DNA from: a virus
Lineage: Duplodnaviria; Caudoviricetes
Virus record (IMG/VR): IMGVR_UViG_3300034272_001471
Span: 1-61,028 of that record
Reading direction: 5' to 3' (one strand)
DNA length: 61,028 bases
Made by a program: the position numbers and the translations under genes. Shown here in pieces: positions 8,634 to 17,816 of the stretch. Under the pieces are notes generated by a model that made no database searches, was not told where the DNA came from, and saw only the letters and a list, made by a program, of their open reading frames with translations. Positions within the stretch are counted from its first letter, which is position 1; every line of letters begins with the position of its first letter.

Positions 8634-8864
8634 ATGGCTGACATTCAGTTCACATTCGACGAGCTGCTGATCCTGCACCGGGCCTTGCGAGAGGCCATGT
8701 GGCTGGAGCGGGCACGCATCATGTCGTCACTGGACGGCGAGGCTGCCACGCACAGGTTCAATGCCATGAAGATTTTGCTGGATCGGATACACACGCGCGG
8801 CCTGGAGCATGCTGGTAAGGTGCCAGCAGGCGAGGTCGCAGTAGAGGGAGGGGATGATGACTGA
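8634..8864 (+). CDS. Hypothetical protein
   Basis: ORF track; GGAGG SD. Confidence 0.55.
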   Translation: MADIQFTFDELLILHRALREAMWLERARIMSSLDGEAATHRFNAMKILLDRIHTRGLEHAGKVPAGEVAVEGGDDD

Positions 8865-9255
8865 GATTGAGATTGTGCAGGATCTGTTCAACACGCTTGG
8901 CATTCACGGGTCTGTGCATGGCCCGGTCAGCATCGCTGACTTTGTCGCTGGGGCGCACGGGCTGCGGGACATGGGCCGCGACTCCTCCTCTGACCCGCGG
9001 CACATCATGCAATGCATTCGTCGCATGCGTGAAGGAATCGGGTCACGGTACTTCCAGCAGCTCATCGACACGCCCGCCGATGTCGATGACATGTGGGTTC
9101 ACTACTGGTGCCCGCAGCCGGCCGGCGTAGACCTTGCCAAGGCCGACTGCCCAGCCGGCACCATCCCGCTGTGGAGCAACGGCAAGGCCACCGTGTTCAC
9201 CCGCCTGACGAAGGACAAGCACGGGAATGATGTGTTCGATTTCGCTGTCTGCTAG
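8854..9255 (+). CDS. Hypothetical protein
   Basis: ORF track; overlapping start. Confidence 0.55.
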   Translation: MMTEIEIVQDLFNTLGIHGSVHGPVSIADFVAGAHGLRDMGRDSSSDPRHIMQCIRRMREGIGSRYFQQLIDTPADVDDMWVHYWCPQPAGVDLAKADCPAGTIPLWSNGKATVFTRLTKDKHGNDVFDFAVC

Positions 9256-9447
9256 GAGTCTGCCATGTACAAGGATGTACTGCGGATGCTGCAGTTGCTG
9301 TCAACTGCCATCCTGATTCTGTTGGCTGGGAAGTTGCAGGATATTTGCCTGACCATTCTTATGGAGGTTCGCAATGGAGGTCGTTGACTTTCTGGTTGGT
9401 GCGTGCGGTATCATTGCCTTGGGTTACTGGCTGAGTAGAGGTGACTG

Positions 9448-10218
9448 ATGATCCATCTGTACGCCCGTGTATCTACCGACAAGCAGGAGAACGGCCGGGA
9501 GGCCCAGGCCAGCCGGCTCCTGGCCTGGGTGGGGGACAAGGGCTATCAGTTGTGGGTGGATGAGGATGTCTCAGCCTACCGCAACCGCCTGCCTGACCGG
9601 CCGGCTGGGAAGAAGATGTACGACGCCCTGGAGGAAGGCGACACGGTGGTCATCACCAAGATCGACCGTGCCTTCCGCCGGATGTACGACTTCGCCGTCA
9701 CACGCGAGCAGTGGGAGAAGCTGGGCGTGCAGTTGGTGATCCTGGACCTGCCCGACAATCTGTCGGGTCCGCACGGTAGGTTCTTCCTGTCGATGCTCGT
9801 CGCTGCCGGCGAGCTGGAGTCGGAGATGCACGGGCTCCGTAAGCGGGAGGTCTACGCCCACAAGCAGCGGCAGGGCGTGCCCTATGGTACGCTCCGCCCC
9901 TTCGGCTGGTCGGTCAAGACCACCGCCGCAGGTATGGAGTGGGTCCCCAACGACCGAGAGCGGGCCGCATGCCAGCAGGCCATCGCCCTGAAGGAGCAGG
10001 GCAAGAGCCTGTTTGAAATCGCTATCGCCCTGTCTGCGGCCGGCGTGAAGAAGCCTCGCCGGAGGAAGGATTGCTCCGACTTCTATCACGTGAAAGACAT
10101 TCACCTGATGGTCCGGGCGGCGGCAGCCGGATATCCAAAGATTGCGCGAGAATCTTTGCGAGGGCCCGGCTACGAACAGAGGCTAGCCGAAGCGAGATCC
10201 CGTGGTCGGCCGCTATAG
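9448..10218 (+). CDS. Serine recombinase (resolvase/invertase catalytic domain with C-terminal extension)
   Basis: YARVST..Q catalytic Ser, DEDVSA, RP.G, GDTVVITKIDRAFR, PFGW. Confidence 0.88.
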   Translation: MIHLYARVSTDKQENGREAQASRLLAWVGDKGYQLWVDEDVSAYRNRLPDRPAGKKMYDALEEGDTVVITKIDRAFRRMYDFAVTREQWEKLGVQLVILDLPDNLSGPHGRFFLSMLVAAGELESEMHGLRKREVYAHKQRQGVPYGTLRPFGWSVKTTAAGMEWVPNDRERAACQQAIALKEQGKSLFEIAIALSAAGVKKPRRRKDCSDFYHVKDIHLMVRAAAAGYPKIARESLRGPGYEQRLAEARSRGRPL

Positions 10219-10636
10219 TTCGCAGGGTATGCCCCTTCTGGAATCGGTCCTGCGCTAACGAGTGGTGTTCGTCCAGGTCGCGGATCGCCATGCCCAGGTA
10301 GTCCGGAGACTCCACCACATGGACGATCTCGCCGGCTTCCTCCAGGCTGATCTTGCTGGAGCCGGGCTGGCGGCTGGACTTCTTCACCGCCTTGCACATG
10401 GAGTTGAGGACAGCTCGGGCGAAGTACGCCTTGGGGTATGGCAGTCTCTTCTTGTCGTACGTGCGGGCCGCCTTGGTCAGGGCCAGGAACCCTTCCGCCT
10501 CCAGGTCGGGCAGCATGGCTGCCTTCTGCCAACCGGGGCGTGCCTTCAGGAAGAACCTCGCCAACATCCTGGCGAGCGGAACGTACTCAGTGACTAGGTC
10601 TTGTCGATGCTTTGAGAGTCGCGATCTCTGTCTCAT
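10022..10636 (-). CDS. Sigma-70 family RNA polymerase sigma factor
   Basis: LVTEYVPLARMLA...DLEAEGFLALTKAARTYD (region 2); TLRTIAADHGIS (region 4 HTH). Confidence 0.75.
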   Translation of the reverse strand: MRQRSRLSKHRQDLVTEYVPLARMLARFFLKARPGWQKAAMLPDLEAEGFLALTKAARTYDKKRLPYPKAYFARAVLNSMCKAVKKSSRQPGSSKISLEEAGEIVHVVESPDYLGMAIRDLDEHHSLAQDRFQKGHTLRTIAADHGISLRLASVRSRALAKILAQSLDIRLPPPGPSGECLSRDRSRSNPSSGEASSRRPQTGR

Positions 10637-10811
10637 GTTGGTCCAGCCTGGTTTCATGCTCGGCCAGCGCGTCTCGCAACTCCTGCACCATTGCAGGCAG
10701 ATGCTCCACGGCACTGGCAATCACCGCCACCTTGGCATGGATGCTGAAAGCCCACGGCACCACTGCCGCAGAGGCGCTCACCAGCACCAGCCACATCTCA
10801 ATCTCAGTCAT
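10587..10811 (-). CDS. Small membrane protein with coiled coil (holin-like?)
   Basis: N-terminal hydrophobic helix followed by a heptad-like region. Confidence 0.55.
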   Translation of the reverse strand: MTEIEMWLVLVSASAAVVPWAFSIHAKVAVIASAVEHLPAMVQELRDALAEHETRLDQHETEIATLKASTRPSH

Positions 10812-11040
10812 CGCTGGACCTCCGAACCATGCTGACCAGCATCAGCCCTGCGTAGGGGTGAAGCTGTCCCTCCTCAACGTGCAACTTGATCATTTCCTCC
10901 GCCCGGTACGCCTCGTCGGGCGGGAACTGGTAGATGTGGGTGTGCCCATCCAGCGCGGCGACAAGTCGCTTAATGCGTCGAACGCCCCGACCCGTACCGA
11001 CCTCATGTCTGTGCGATTGATAATCCATTTGGCTATCCAA
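10804..11040 (-). CDS. Hypothetical protein
   Basis: ORF track; fits the operon. Confidence 0.5.
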   Translation of the reverse strand: MDSQMDYQSHRHEVGTGRGVRRIKRLVAALDGHTHIYQFPPDEAYRAEEMIKLHVEEGQLHPYAGLMLVSMVRRSSDD

Positions 11041-11270
11041 TTACTGACCAGCGAAATGATGATGGGCAGCACAAAGATCAGGAATATGGAGCCGCACTCC
11101 GGGTTTGCCTGGACGAACGACCGCCTGATCTCACGCCTGTACGCCCGCATGTTGACGGGCGGATCCGGGGCAACCAGCAGGGCAGTGAGCGCGACCGTCT
11201 TGGCGTAGTCGCTGAGTCCGCGGGCACCTGATTCCCTCAAGCACTGGTCGGCTATGTCCGTGGCACGCAT
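10890..11270 (-). CDS. Hypothetical membrane protein
   Basis: Hydrophobic segment IFLIFVLPIIISLVSNWIAKWII. Confidence 0.5.
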   Translation of the reverse strand: MRATDIADQCLRESGARGLSDYAKTVALTALLVAPDPPVNMRAYRREIRRSFVQANPECGSIFLIFVLPIIISLVSNWIAKWIINRTDMRSVRVGAFDALSDLSPRWMGTPTSTSSRPTRRTGRRK

Positions 11271-11596
11271 TGGCCGTTCTCACATTTGGTACTACCAACC
11301 CTACGCGGTGGCTGGATGGGGATCGGGCGCGGCGGCGCCGCAGGTGGCGGGGCCGGTGGAGGTGGGGGTGCAGGCGGAGGGTCAGCCGGCCGCTTGCACT
11401 CGCAGTCAGACGGGCAGGGGCACGGAGTTGTGTGCCCATCGCCGTGGACAATGACGCCGTTCCTGCAGGAGCCGCAGCACTTCTTGGCCACGGGCTCAAC
11501 CGCCGCAGTGTGCAGGGTGTAGGCCGCTTCGACCGCCACCCGCTCAGTGAGGATGGGGGCAGCGAACATCGCCAGGAACCAGAGCAAACTATCCAT
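11252..11596 (-). CDS. Secreted Cys/Pro-rich protein
   Basis: Hydrophobic N-terminus; CCGSC...HGDGHTTPCPCPSDCEC; poly-Pro; C-terminal CENGQC. Confidence 0.6.
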   Translation of the reverse strand: MDSLLWFLAMFAAPILTERVAVEAAYTLHTAAVEPVAKKCCGSCRNGVIVHGDGHTTPCPCPSDCECKRPADPPPAPPPPPAPPPAAPPRPIPIQPPRRVGSTKCENGQCVPRT

Positions 11597-13742
11597 GGCG
11601 GAGCAGTCCTATGGTGCCGTAGTCAGGCAGACGCTGCGGTGGGTAGCCGTCGATGGACCCGTACACCCAGCAGTCGCCGTCCTCCACGCAGACATTGAAG
11701 TCGTCGGCCGATGTCAAGATCATCCCCGGCACCCACTCGCCGTACTCCTTGGGCCAGCCCTTCGGCTTCTGGTTCCAATGCCACCAAGAATTGGGGATCA
11801 TCCACACGCGGAACGGGAAGAACTCCTTGGTGTCGTCGTAGCCGGCGATGGCCATGTCATGTTTCCACCCACCCGGCGTGCGGTAGTGGACGCCCTTGGC
11901 GTTGGAGTCCACTGACCAGGACGCATACTGCCCGGAGTGAGCGGCGTACCCATTGAACAGGGCGTCCATCAGGTCAGCCTGCGACCGGACCTGTGTGATC
12001 ACGCCCACCTTATTCTTGCGGCAAAGCTCGCGGACGCTCTCCGGCACACCCGACCGCCCCCAGCGGGCGCCGATGGAGGAGTCGTACTTCGACAGGTCCA
12101 CCACCCCGTCGTACTTGGTGCGAGCCAGGAAGCCAACGTCCCGCTCAAACCTGGACGCCAAGCCCGGGCTCATGCCCTGGCCGCCATGCCCACGCGCCCC
12201 GTAGGTGGGCTCGGTGGCGCCCATGCGGAACCACTCTTCGGGCTCCTTCTTCACCAGGATCTCAACCGCCCTGGTCATGTCCCGGGCATTGCGACTACCG
12301 TGGCTGACGCAGTTATGCACTGCGTACCCGTTGGCGATGAATGCGTGGTCGCACTCCACCTCCAAGCAATAAACCGTTCCAGCAAACGGCGATACCTCAA
12401 TGCTGGCAACCCGCGCCGAGAATCCGCCATCGACCTTTACGGTCAGCGACCTCCGCCCGCCTTCCAATGCTGGTGGTCGGAGCTTCGCTGGAAACAAAGC
12501 GGCTGCGCTGTCGCCGTAGAAATGCACCTCGGAGGCGACCTTTGACCTGCCCCGCGGTTTGCGAGCGACCTCCGTGCATCGGATGCCGCAGGACATGGAC
12601 AAGTATTTCATGTCCCTGACAAGACCGCGGCATACAGATACGCCGCTGGCTCGGCACATCTTGTACTTGGACTTATGCCTAAGTCCGTTTTGCACATGCC
12701 CATCGCCCTCCATCCAGCCGCGCACGCACGCAAGACGAACGGCCGATGGCGAACCAAGGATTTCTTTAGGGACCCGCTTGGTATAGGTGTTCCCCTCGCC
12801 GCACGCCCGATATATCCACCTTGCAAATGGCGCGCACGGAAACTCAACGAACAGACAATTCGGCTTTGATGGCAGCACCCGAATCTTTGCAGGCACTCCG
12901 AGCTTGTCCTGCAAAATGCTGCGCAAGCACTTGGCGATATGAACCTCGTCGCGGCACAGGTTCCACACAAGGTTGGTAGCCGCGCCGCGTTTCGACTTTC
13001 CTGTTGACCCTTCGGCAAGCCATAGGCCGATGACCCACGCCATGTCGGCGTCCAAGGTTACATGCCTGTTGCACTCGTACTTAGCCCCGGAGATCCGCAC
13101 CTTGCCATCGCCGGCTCGGATTCGTCGGGGCTTGGATGCAACCTGCGCAAACTCATTCGGGTCTTGCGAGCATCCATCCTCATTGGCAAGGTCTATTGTG
13201 TGCAGATGCTCGCTGGCAATGCTTGTCGCCGGCAGCAGCACCCGCGATCCCTGGGCCAGTGCGTCGGCCCGAACCCAAGCCCTCTCTGATTCATTCAGCG
13301 GCGAGACGAACAGGTGGTCGGGAGTTGCTACAACAGCGTCCAAGCACCCCTCTGCACGCACGGAAACGACGCTGCCTGTGTACGGCTTGCTGAATGTCGA
13401 AAGCACTCGCCGCTTCCCGCCGAAAGGCGATGCGATAATGTCTCCACTCAGCACATCTTCAATGGCCTTTTCGGTGCCGTCGCCCATTCGCACAAGGGTG
13501 CCGGCAACGAAGCAGTCTCCAGTCGTTTGCTTCTCAGTAAAACATTTGGAGTCCAGCTTCTGTGCGTACTGCCAAAGGAGCGCACGCTTCCCGATGCCGA
13601 CGCCTTTGATGTTCGGTTCAGAGAAGTACTGGTACTTCTGCGTCTCCAGGAACTCCGAGTTGGCGCGGGCGTTGAACGTCCAGCCGGAGAGGCCGTCTTC
13701 GTACGCCCTTAGCAGGGAGTGCGGGGTGTCGAACTCACTCAC
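11589..13742 (-). CDS. Papain-like (C1-type) cysteine peptidase interrupted by an intein
   Basis: Spliced form reads Q-T-T-G-D-C-V-S-H-G (oxyanion Gln, catalytic Cys); later WKHDMAIAGYDD (His) and NSW (Asn); GTG start. Confidence 0.75.
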   Translation of the reverse strand: MSEFDTPHSLLRAYEDGLSGWTFNARANSEFLETQKYQYFSEPNIKGVGIGKRALLWQYAQKLDSKCFTEKQTTGDCFVAGTLVRMGDGTEKAIEDVLSGDIIASPFGGKRRVLSTFSKPYTGSVVSVRAEGCLDAVVATPDHLFVSPLNESERAWVRADALAQGSRVLLPATSIASEHLHTIDLANEDGCSQDPNEFAQVASKPRRIRAGDGKVRISGAKYECNRHVTLDADMAWVIGLWLAEGSTGKSKRGAATNLVWNLCRDEVHIAKCLRSILQDKLGVPAKIRVLPSKPNCLFVEFPCAPFARWIYRACGEGNTYTKRVPKEILGSPSAVRLACVRGWMEGDGHVQNGLRHKSKYKMCRASGVSVCRGLVRDMKYLSMSCGIRCTEVARKPRGRSKVASEVHFYGDSAAALFPAKLRPPALEGGRRSLTVKVDGGFSARVASIEVSPFAGTVYCLEVECDHAFIANGYAVHNCVSHGSRNARDMTRAVEILVKKEPEEWFRMGATEPTYGARGHGGQGMSPGLASRFERDVGFLARTKYDGVVDLSKYDSSIGARWGRSGVPESVRELCRKNKVGVITQVRSQADLMDALFNGYAAHSGQYASWSVDSNAKGVHYRTPGGWKHDMAIAGYDDTKEFFPFRVWMIPNSWWHWNQKPKGWPKEYGEWVPGMILTSADDFNVCVEDGDCWVYGSIDGYPPQRLPDYGTIGLLRHG
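12312..13514 (-). mobile_element. Intein (401 aa) with LAGLIDADG homing endonuclease
   Basis: Starts CFVAGT; block B ATPDHLF; LAGLIDADG-like VIGLWLAEGS and CVRGWMEGDG; ends VYCLEV...AVHN followed by Cys. Confidence 0.92.
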
Positions 13743-14139
13743 TCTGCCGCTCCACTTCCTTGCAGGCAGCGACGATCTGCCCTGCCACCACCTCATCCAC
13801 AGGCACGTTGTCCTGGGTGTAGTGCTTGGCCAGCACCGCTTCGACTGCCTTGTCTAGGCCGGGGTACTTCCCGACGAGGCCGGTCCCGCCAGCGGCCAGC
13901 CGGAGCGCGTCTTGGTAGACGGCGCGCCACGCTGACGTTGTGGTGATCAGCCGGCCTTTGTCCCTGGCCATCACCTCACCGAGCGCTCGGTACAGGCGGC
14001 CCACTGTGGCTCGGTCGGCATAGGAAGCCGACGCTAGAGCCGTGCGTACGGGACCAGTCGCGGCTGGCCGCTGGGCTCCGACAACAAACGACAACGCCAC
14101 CAACGCAACGGCGAGTGCCAGGGGGATGTGCCTATTCAT
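13735..14139 (-). CDS. Secreted or membrane-anchored hypothetical protein
   Basis: Signal-like MNRHIPLALAVALVALSFVVG. Confidence 0.6.
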   Translation of the reverse strand: MNRHIPLALAVALVALSFVVGAQRPAATGPVRTALASASYADRATVGRLYRALGEVMARDKGRLITTTSAWRAVYQDALRLAAGGTGLVGKYPGLDKAVEAVLAKHYTQDNVPVDEVVAGQIVAACKEVERQSE

Positions 14140-14342
14140 TTGAGCAGCGCCTGAAGAAGGGAGTTGCACGCGGCCTTGACCTCCTCCGACTGAGCGTTGT
14201 CGCGGATCTTGATCACGCTCTCCAGGTGCCGCAGCGTGTTGCTCTTGGCCGGCAGCCGGAATCCAGATACCTGCGGGAGGGCGAACTGCCACAGCACTAC
14301 AACTCCCAGGACGGCGAGCGACAGGATTTGAAAGAGACTCAC
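14136..14342 (-). CDS. Small membrane protein
   Basis: GTG start overlapping the subtilase stop; N-terminal TM helix. Confidence 0.55.
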   Translation of the reverse strand: MSLFQILSLAVLGVVVLWQFALPQVSGFRLPAKSNTLRHLESVIKIRDNAQSEEVKAACNSLLQALLK

Positions 14343-15277
14343 AGTATCTTGGCTCCGGGGATCCACAGCGTCACGCCTCCAACGGAGGACCGCACCTCGT
14401 AGTTCAGCAGCTTGTGGGGATCGACGAGTCCCCACCCATAGATCGAATCCCGGCCCGCCGCCCCGGCATCGCGGCAGGTTTCGGACAGGGCTTTGACGAC
14501 GCCAGCATGGTCTACCTTGCCGCCGGCCTGCTTCTGGGCGCTCACGTACAGGGCGAGCGTGCCGACCACAAACGGCGCTGCCATGCTCGTCCCGCTCACC
14601 GTGGCGTAGCCGTCTCCAAGCCATGTGGATGTAATGTCCTGGCCGGGCGCAGCCACTGCGATCTCCTTGCCACGGCTGCTGAACTCGCACGCATTGCCAT
14701 GCCTGTCCACTGCACCCACAGCCAGCGTTTCCTGGAACGCGGCCGGGTAGTTGACCGAAGCACCGTCGTTTCCGGCGGCGCACACCACCACCACGCCCGC
14801 AGCATGCGCGGCCTTGATCGCAGCATGGAGCTGGGCATCAGGCCGGCTACTGCCGAGCGACATGCAGATGAGGTCTGCCTTCGCCTCAGTCGCATGTCGA
14901 ACCGCCTGGGATACCGCATCGTTGCTGCCCATCCCGGAATGGCCCAGGACTTTGAGCGACAGCAGCTTGGCCTCCGGGGCAATCCCCTTGGCCGCGCCGC
15001 TCTTTGCCCCGATCACGCCAGCCACGTGCGTGCCATGGCCAAGCGTGTCGTAGACGTTGCCGTCGCTGCTGAAGTTGCGGTAGTCCTCAACCTGCAAGGC
15101 CGGGTGGGGAGCGACTCCGCTGTCCACCACTGCCACCGTAACGCCTGCCCCCTTGGTTGTGCGCCAAAGCAGCGGTATGCCGTACGCCTCCAACGACCAG
15201 TCCACCCCATCCGCCATCGACTGCGATGCCTGGACGATGTCAACCCGGTACGGTGGTAGGTGTACGTATCCGCTCAC
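14339..15277 (-). CDS. Subtilisin-like S8 serine protease
   Basis: Triad motifs VAVVDSG, GHGTHVAG, SGTSMAAP; AAGN oxyanion motif. Confidence 0.93.
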   Translation of the reverse strand: MSGYVHLPPYRVDIVQASQSMADGVDWSLEAYGIPLLWRTTKGAGVTVAVVDSGVAPHPALQVEDYRNFSSDGNVYDTLGHGTHVAGVIGAKSGAAKGIAPEAKLLSLKVLGHSGMGSNDAVSQAVRHATEAKADLICMSLGSSRPDAQLHAAIKAAHAAGVVVVCAAGNDGASVNYPAAFQETLAVGAVDRHGNACEFSSRGKEIAVAAPGQDITSTWLGDGYATVSGTSMAAPFVVGTLALYVSAQKQAGGKVDHAGVVKALSETCRDAGAAGRDSIYGWGLVDPHKLLNYEVRSSVGGVTLWIPGAKIL

Positions 15278-15594
15278 TTGCCCGACACCGCCTGGAGGAT
15301 CGCGATCAGGATCGGGATCACCACCTCAACAATCGTCCGCCAGTCCACGCCCAGCGCGGCGTACTCCACCATCAGCGGACGGTACTCGTCGGCAGACAGC
15401 AGGGTCGGCCCGTCGAAGTAGGCCGGCTTGACCATCTCCGCCTCCAGGATCGGCAGGACGATCTTGGCGATCTCGTCCGCGACCGCCCACTTGGCAAGGT
15501 ACGAGGAGTCGCGGTCAAACTTCTTTGCGATTTCGACGACGCGGAGCAGGGCGTCCCGGTGCTTGAGTAACCACTGCAGTACTTTCAGATTCAT
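15274..15594 (-). CDS. Membrane protein (C-terminal TM)
   Basis: IVEVVIPILIAILQAV. Confidence 0.6.
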   Translation of the reverse strand: MNLKVLQWLLKHRDALLRVVEIAKKFDRDSSYLAKWAVADEIAKIVLPILEAEMVKPAYFDGPTLLSADEYRPLMVEYAALGVDWRTIVEVVIPILIAILQAVSGK

Positions 15595-16018
15595 CGTTTC
15601 CCCTTCGGTCTAGGCAGGCAATTGCCACAATGGCGTGGCCGGCGATGTCGGCAAGCGTGTCCCTAATATCAATTGTCCGCAAACGCCCCCGGAGGCGGCG
15701 GCACTTTTCCCCGATTCTGGCGACCTGATATATCCAGGGGTCAATGCCGTCTTCCTGCACGCCCAGGGCGTTTGCCAGGGGGTCGGACTCGCAGCCGTAG
15801 TAGCCCCGCTTCCGGGACAGGAGGCTGTGCAGCTGCTCGCAGATGGGCAGGTACGGGTCACCCCCATTCGACGCCCCGGCTGGCGTGCTGGATCCGGCCG
15901 TACTCGCACCAGAATGTCGGGTGGTGATAGGGGTCGTCACTGGTGTCCTCCTCGTCGTTGAGCCAGACCACCCTGCCGTGAGCCCATTCTTCACAGAGGG
16001 TGTCCAGCATGGCATCAT
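15515..16018 (-). CDS. DUF1599-like nucleotide-modification-associated protein (start uncertain)
   Basis: RKRGYYG..DPLAN...IDPW...RIGEKCRRL...DTLADIAGHA pattern. Confidence 0.5.
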   Translation of the reverse strand: MMPCWTPSVKNGLTAGWSGSTTRRTPVTTPITTRHSGASTAGSSTPAGASNGGDPYLPICEQLHSLLSRKRGYYGCESDPLANALGVQEDGIDPWIYQVARIGEKCRRLRGRLRTIDIRDTLADIAGHAIVAIACLDRRGNDESESTAVVTQAPGRPAPRRRNRKEV

Positions 16019-16205
16019 GCGTCAGATCATTGCGTATCGAAATAATCCCACGGTCCAAGTCGTCGCTGAGACAGAAGTACCCGTAGGCTTCTGGCATCTG
16101 CTTAACGCTGCGAAGGTAGACTCTCACCGGGAATTGCAGGGGCCACCGCTCTGTGGCCCACGCCTTCCACTTCCGCACCAATTGCTTGCGCCAGTCTTGG
16201 GGCAT
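15858..16205 (-). CDS. Hypothetical protein (metallopeptidase-like EEWAH motif)
   Basis: DTLCEEWAH...HHPTF. Confidence 0.5.
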   Translation of the reverse strand: MPQDWRKQLVRKWKAWATERWPLQFPVRVYLRSVKQMPEAYGYFCLSDDLDRGIISIRNDLTHDAMLDTLCEEWAHGRVVWLNDEEDTSDDPYHHPTFWCEYGRIQHASRGVEWG

Positions 16206-16488
16206 CTTCCAGCTCCACTATCAGCAGCCACTTGCGATTGTTGCGCTTGTGCAGGACGACCGGCACCTTGCCGCCGCAGTCGGCCTTGGCTTGGTCCACC
16301 CAGTCGTACGGGTTCCCACGCTCCGTGCGCTTCACCTCAACATGAATGCCGCCGTGGCCGACGACGATGTCCGGACTGTCCTTTGACCCGGAGAATTGCT
16401 GCCCCCGGCGGGCATGCACGCCGAACACGCGGGACCATTCGGCCGCCGCCTCTCGCTCCCCGCGGGCCCCCTTCTGCCGGCTGTTCAT
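16102..16488 (-). CDS. Holliday junction resolvase-like PD-(D/E)XK nuclease
   Basis: NSRQKGARGERE...SPDI...HVEVKR. Confidence 0.8.
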   Translation of the reverse strand: MNSRQKGARGEREAAAEWSRVFGVHARRGQQFSGSKDSPDIVVGHGGIHVEVKRTERGNPYDWVDQAKADCGGKVPVVLHKRNNRKWLLIVELEDAPRLAQAIGAEVEGVGHRAVAPAIPGESLPSQR

Positions 16489-16700
16489 TTGGCCCACCTC
16501 GCCAGCCGGCCCTGGTGATCCCGGGCCTCCACAATCGTCAGCTCCGGGAACTGCTCGGCCACAAGCCGGACGCACTCCGTGACGGACTTCTTGTCCAGCA
16601 CCCGGGCGTTGCTGCCGATCCACGCACCGACCCGGCCGTAGGCGGCGAAGTCCCGCCGGTCACCCTCAGTCGGCCAGAAGCAAGAGAGACGGTGGTTCAT
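16485..16700 (-). CDS. Hypothetical protein
   Basis: ORF track; ATGA overlap. Confidence 0.5.
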   Translation of the reverse strand: MNHRLSCFWPTEGDRRDFAAYGRVGAWIGSNARVLDKKSVTECVRLVAEQFPELTIVEARDHQGRLARWAK

Positions 16701-16720
16701 GGTCTTAACCTCGCTGCCGG

Positions 16721-17101
16721 CTAGCATTCCTCGGGCTCCTGTGAGTGCATCAGGGTCGTCAAGGTTTCCACCCAGTGGTTTGGCCGGGGGGTTGCCACGC
16801 CATGCTCAACGAGGTAGGCGCTCAGGCTCTCGCCGGACTGCAGGTCGCAGAGGTCCCCAAGCACCCGGCCATACTCGTCTCGCAGCCATTCGGCCGTATC
16901 CAGCCGCAGCCGGCAGTGGTCGGCGTGGACCTCCACCCAGTCGCAGACCGCCTGCCGGGCGGCGTCGTCGCAGTCGCAGCCGTGGATTCGCATGTACATC
17001 GAAACCTGGGACTGGAGCTGGGGGCATGCCACCCGCAGGTGGACGGTGTCGGGCCGGGTCACGCGGATGACCTGTGCTGTCAAGGGGTCCGATGTCGCCA
17101 T
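16721..17101 (-). CDS. Thermonuclease (SNase)-like OB-fold protein, degenerate
   Basis: VIRVTRPDT...RIHGCD...RDEYGRVLGDL. Confidence 0.55.
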   Translation of the reverse strand: MATSDPLTAQVIRVTRPDTVHLRVACPQLQSQVSMYMRIHGCDCDDAARQAVCDWVEVHADHCRLRLDTAEWLRDEYGRVLGDLCDLQSGESLSAYLVEHGVATPRPNHWVETLTTLMHSQEPEEC

Positions 17102-17478
17102 CCGGTGGTGTTCTTCTGCCTCTGTTCTTCGTAGGCCGGCGGCAGTGGCTCTGGCTCGTAGCCCAGGTGCTGCTTGTGCCGAAGGCCGGCAAGAAACTGG
17201 GGGTCAAAAAACTCTGGGTCACTCTCACGCTTACAGGCGAGCAGTATACCCTTGTTCAGATCAGGAAGTCCAGTGACTTTGCTGCCGGAATGGAAGACGG
17301 CGTGGCAGTTCTGACACAGGCTCAGAAGGTTGCGGCGATCATGCTTGCGACCGGCCCCCTGGACCAGATGGTGAATCTCCAGGCGGCGCCGCATGTCCAT
17401 CTCCGGCCACCAGCAGACTGCGCAAGACATGTGACTTGCCGCAAACTCTTGTAGAGTCACCTTGTCTGCCCTGTTCAC
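17080..17478 (-). CDS. HNH endonuclease
   Basis: CAVC...LEIHH...NLLSLCQNCH. Confidence 0.75.
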   Translation of the reverse strand: MNRADKVTLQEFAASHMSCAVCWWPEMDMRRRLEIHHLVQGAGRKHDRRNLLSLCQNCHAVFHSGSKVTGLPDLNKGILLACKRESDPEFFDPQFLAGLRHKQHLGYEPEPLPPAYEEQRQKNTTGWRHRTP

Positions 17479-17816
17479 AGACCCTCCCCTTCTTCTTATC
17501 AACCTCTGATCCAGTTCTGCGTCTCGGAGTAGCGGTCCATGTTCACTGACTGAAGGCTCGGTATGGGCGCACGGCGACCAATCCCTGGTGTTGAGCCAGG
17601 GTTGGCCGCCGCCCATGTCCACCGACCGTTAGGACGTATACGGGCGTCTCACAACCGCCGGGGCGTGAGCATGCGACCTGCTTATCGGGCATCCTGGCTG
17701 CCCGTGTGACTTGGCCCTGTCGCTTTCGGCTGGCCTACCCGCTGCGTCACAATCCCTTTTGGTAGCGGGGATAATGCCGGGCGGCCAAAAGGTTGACCCA
17801 AACCCGACCGGCATGA

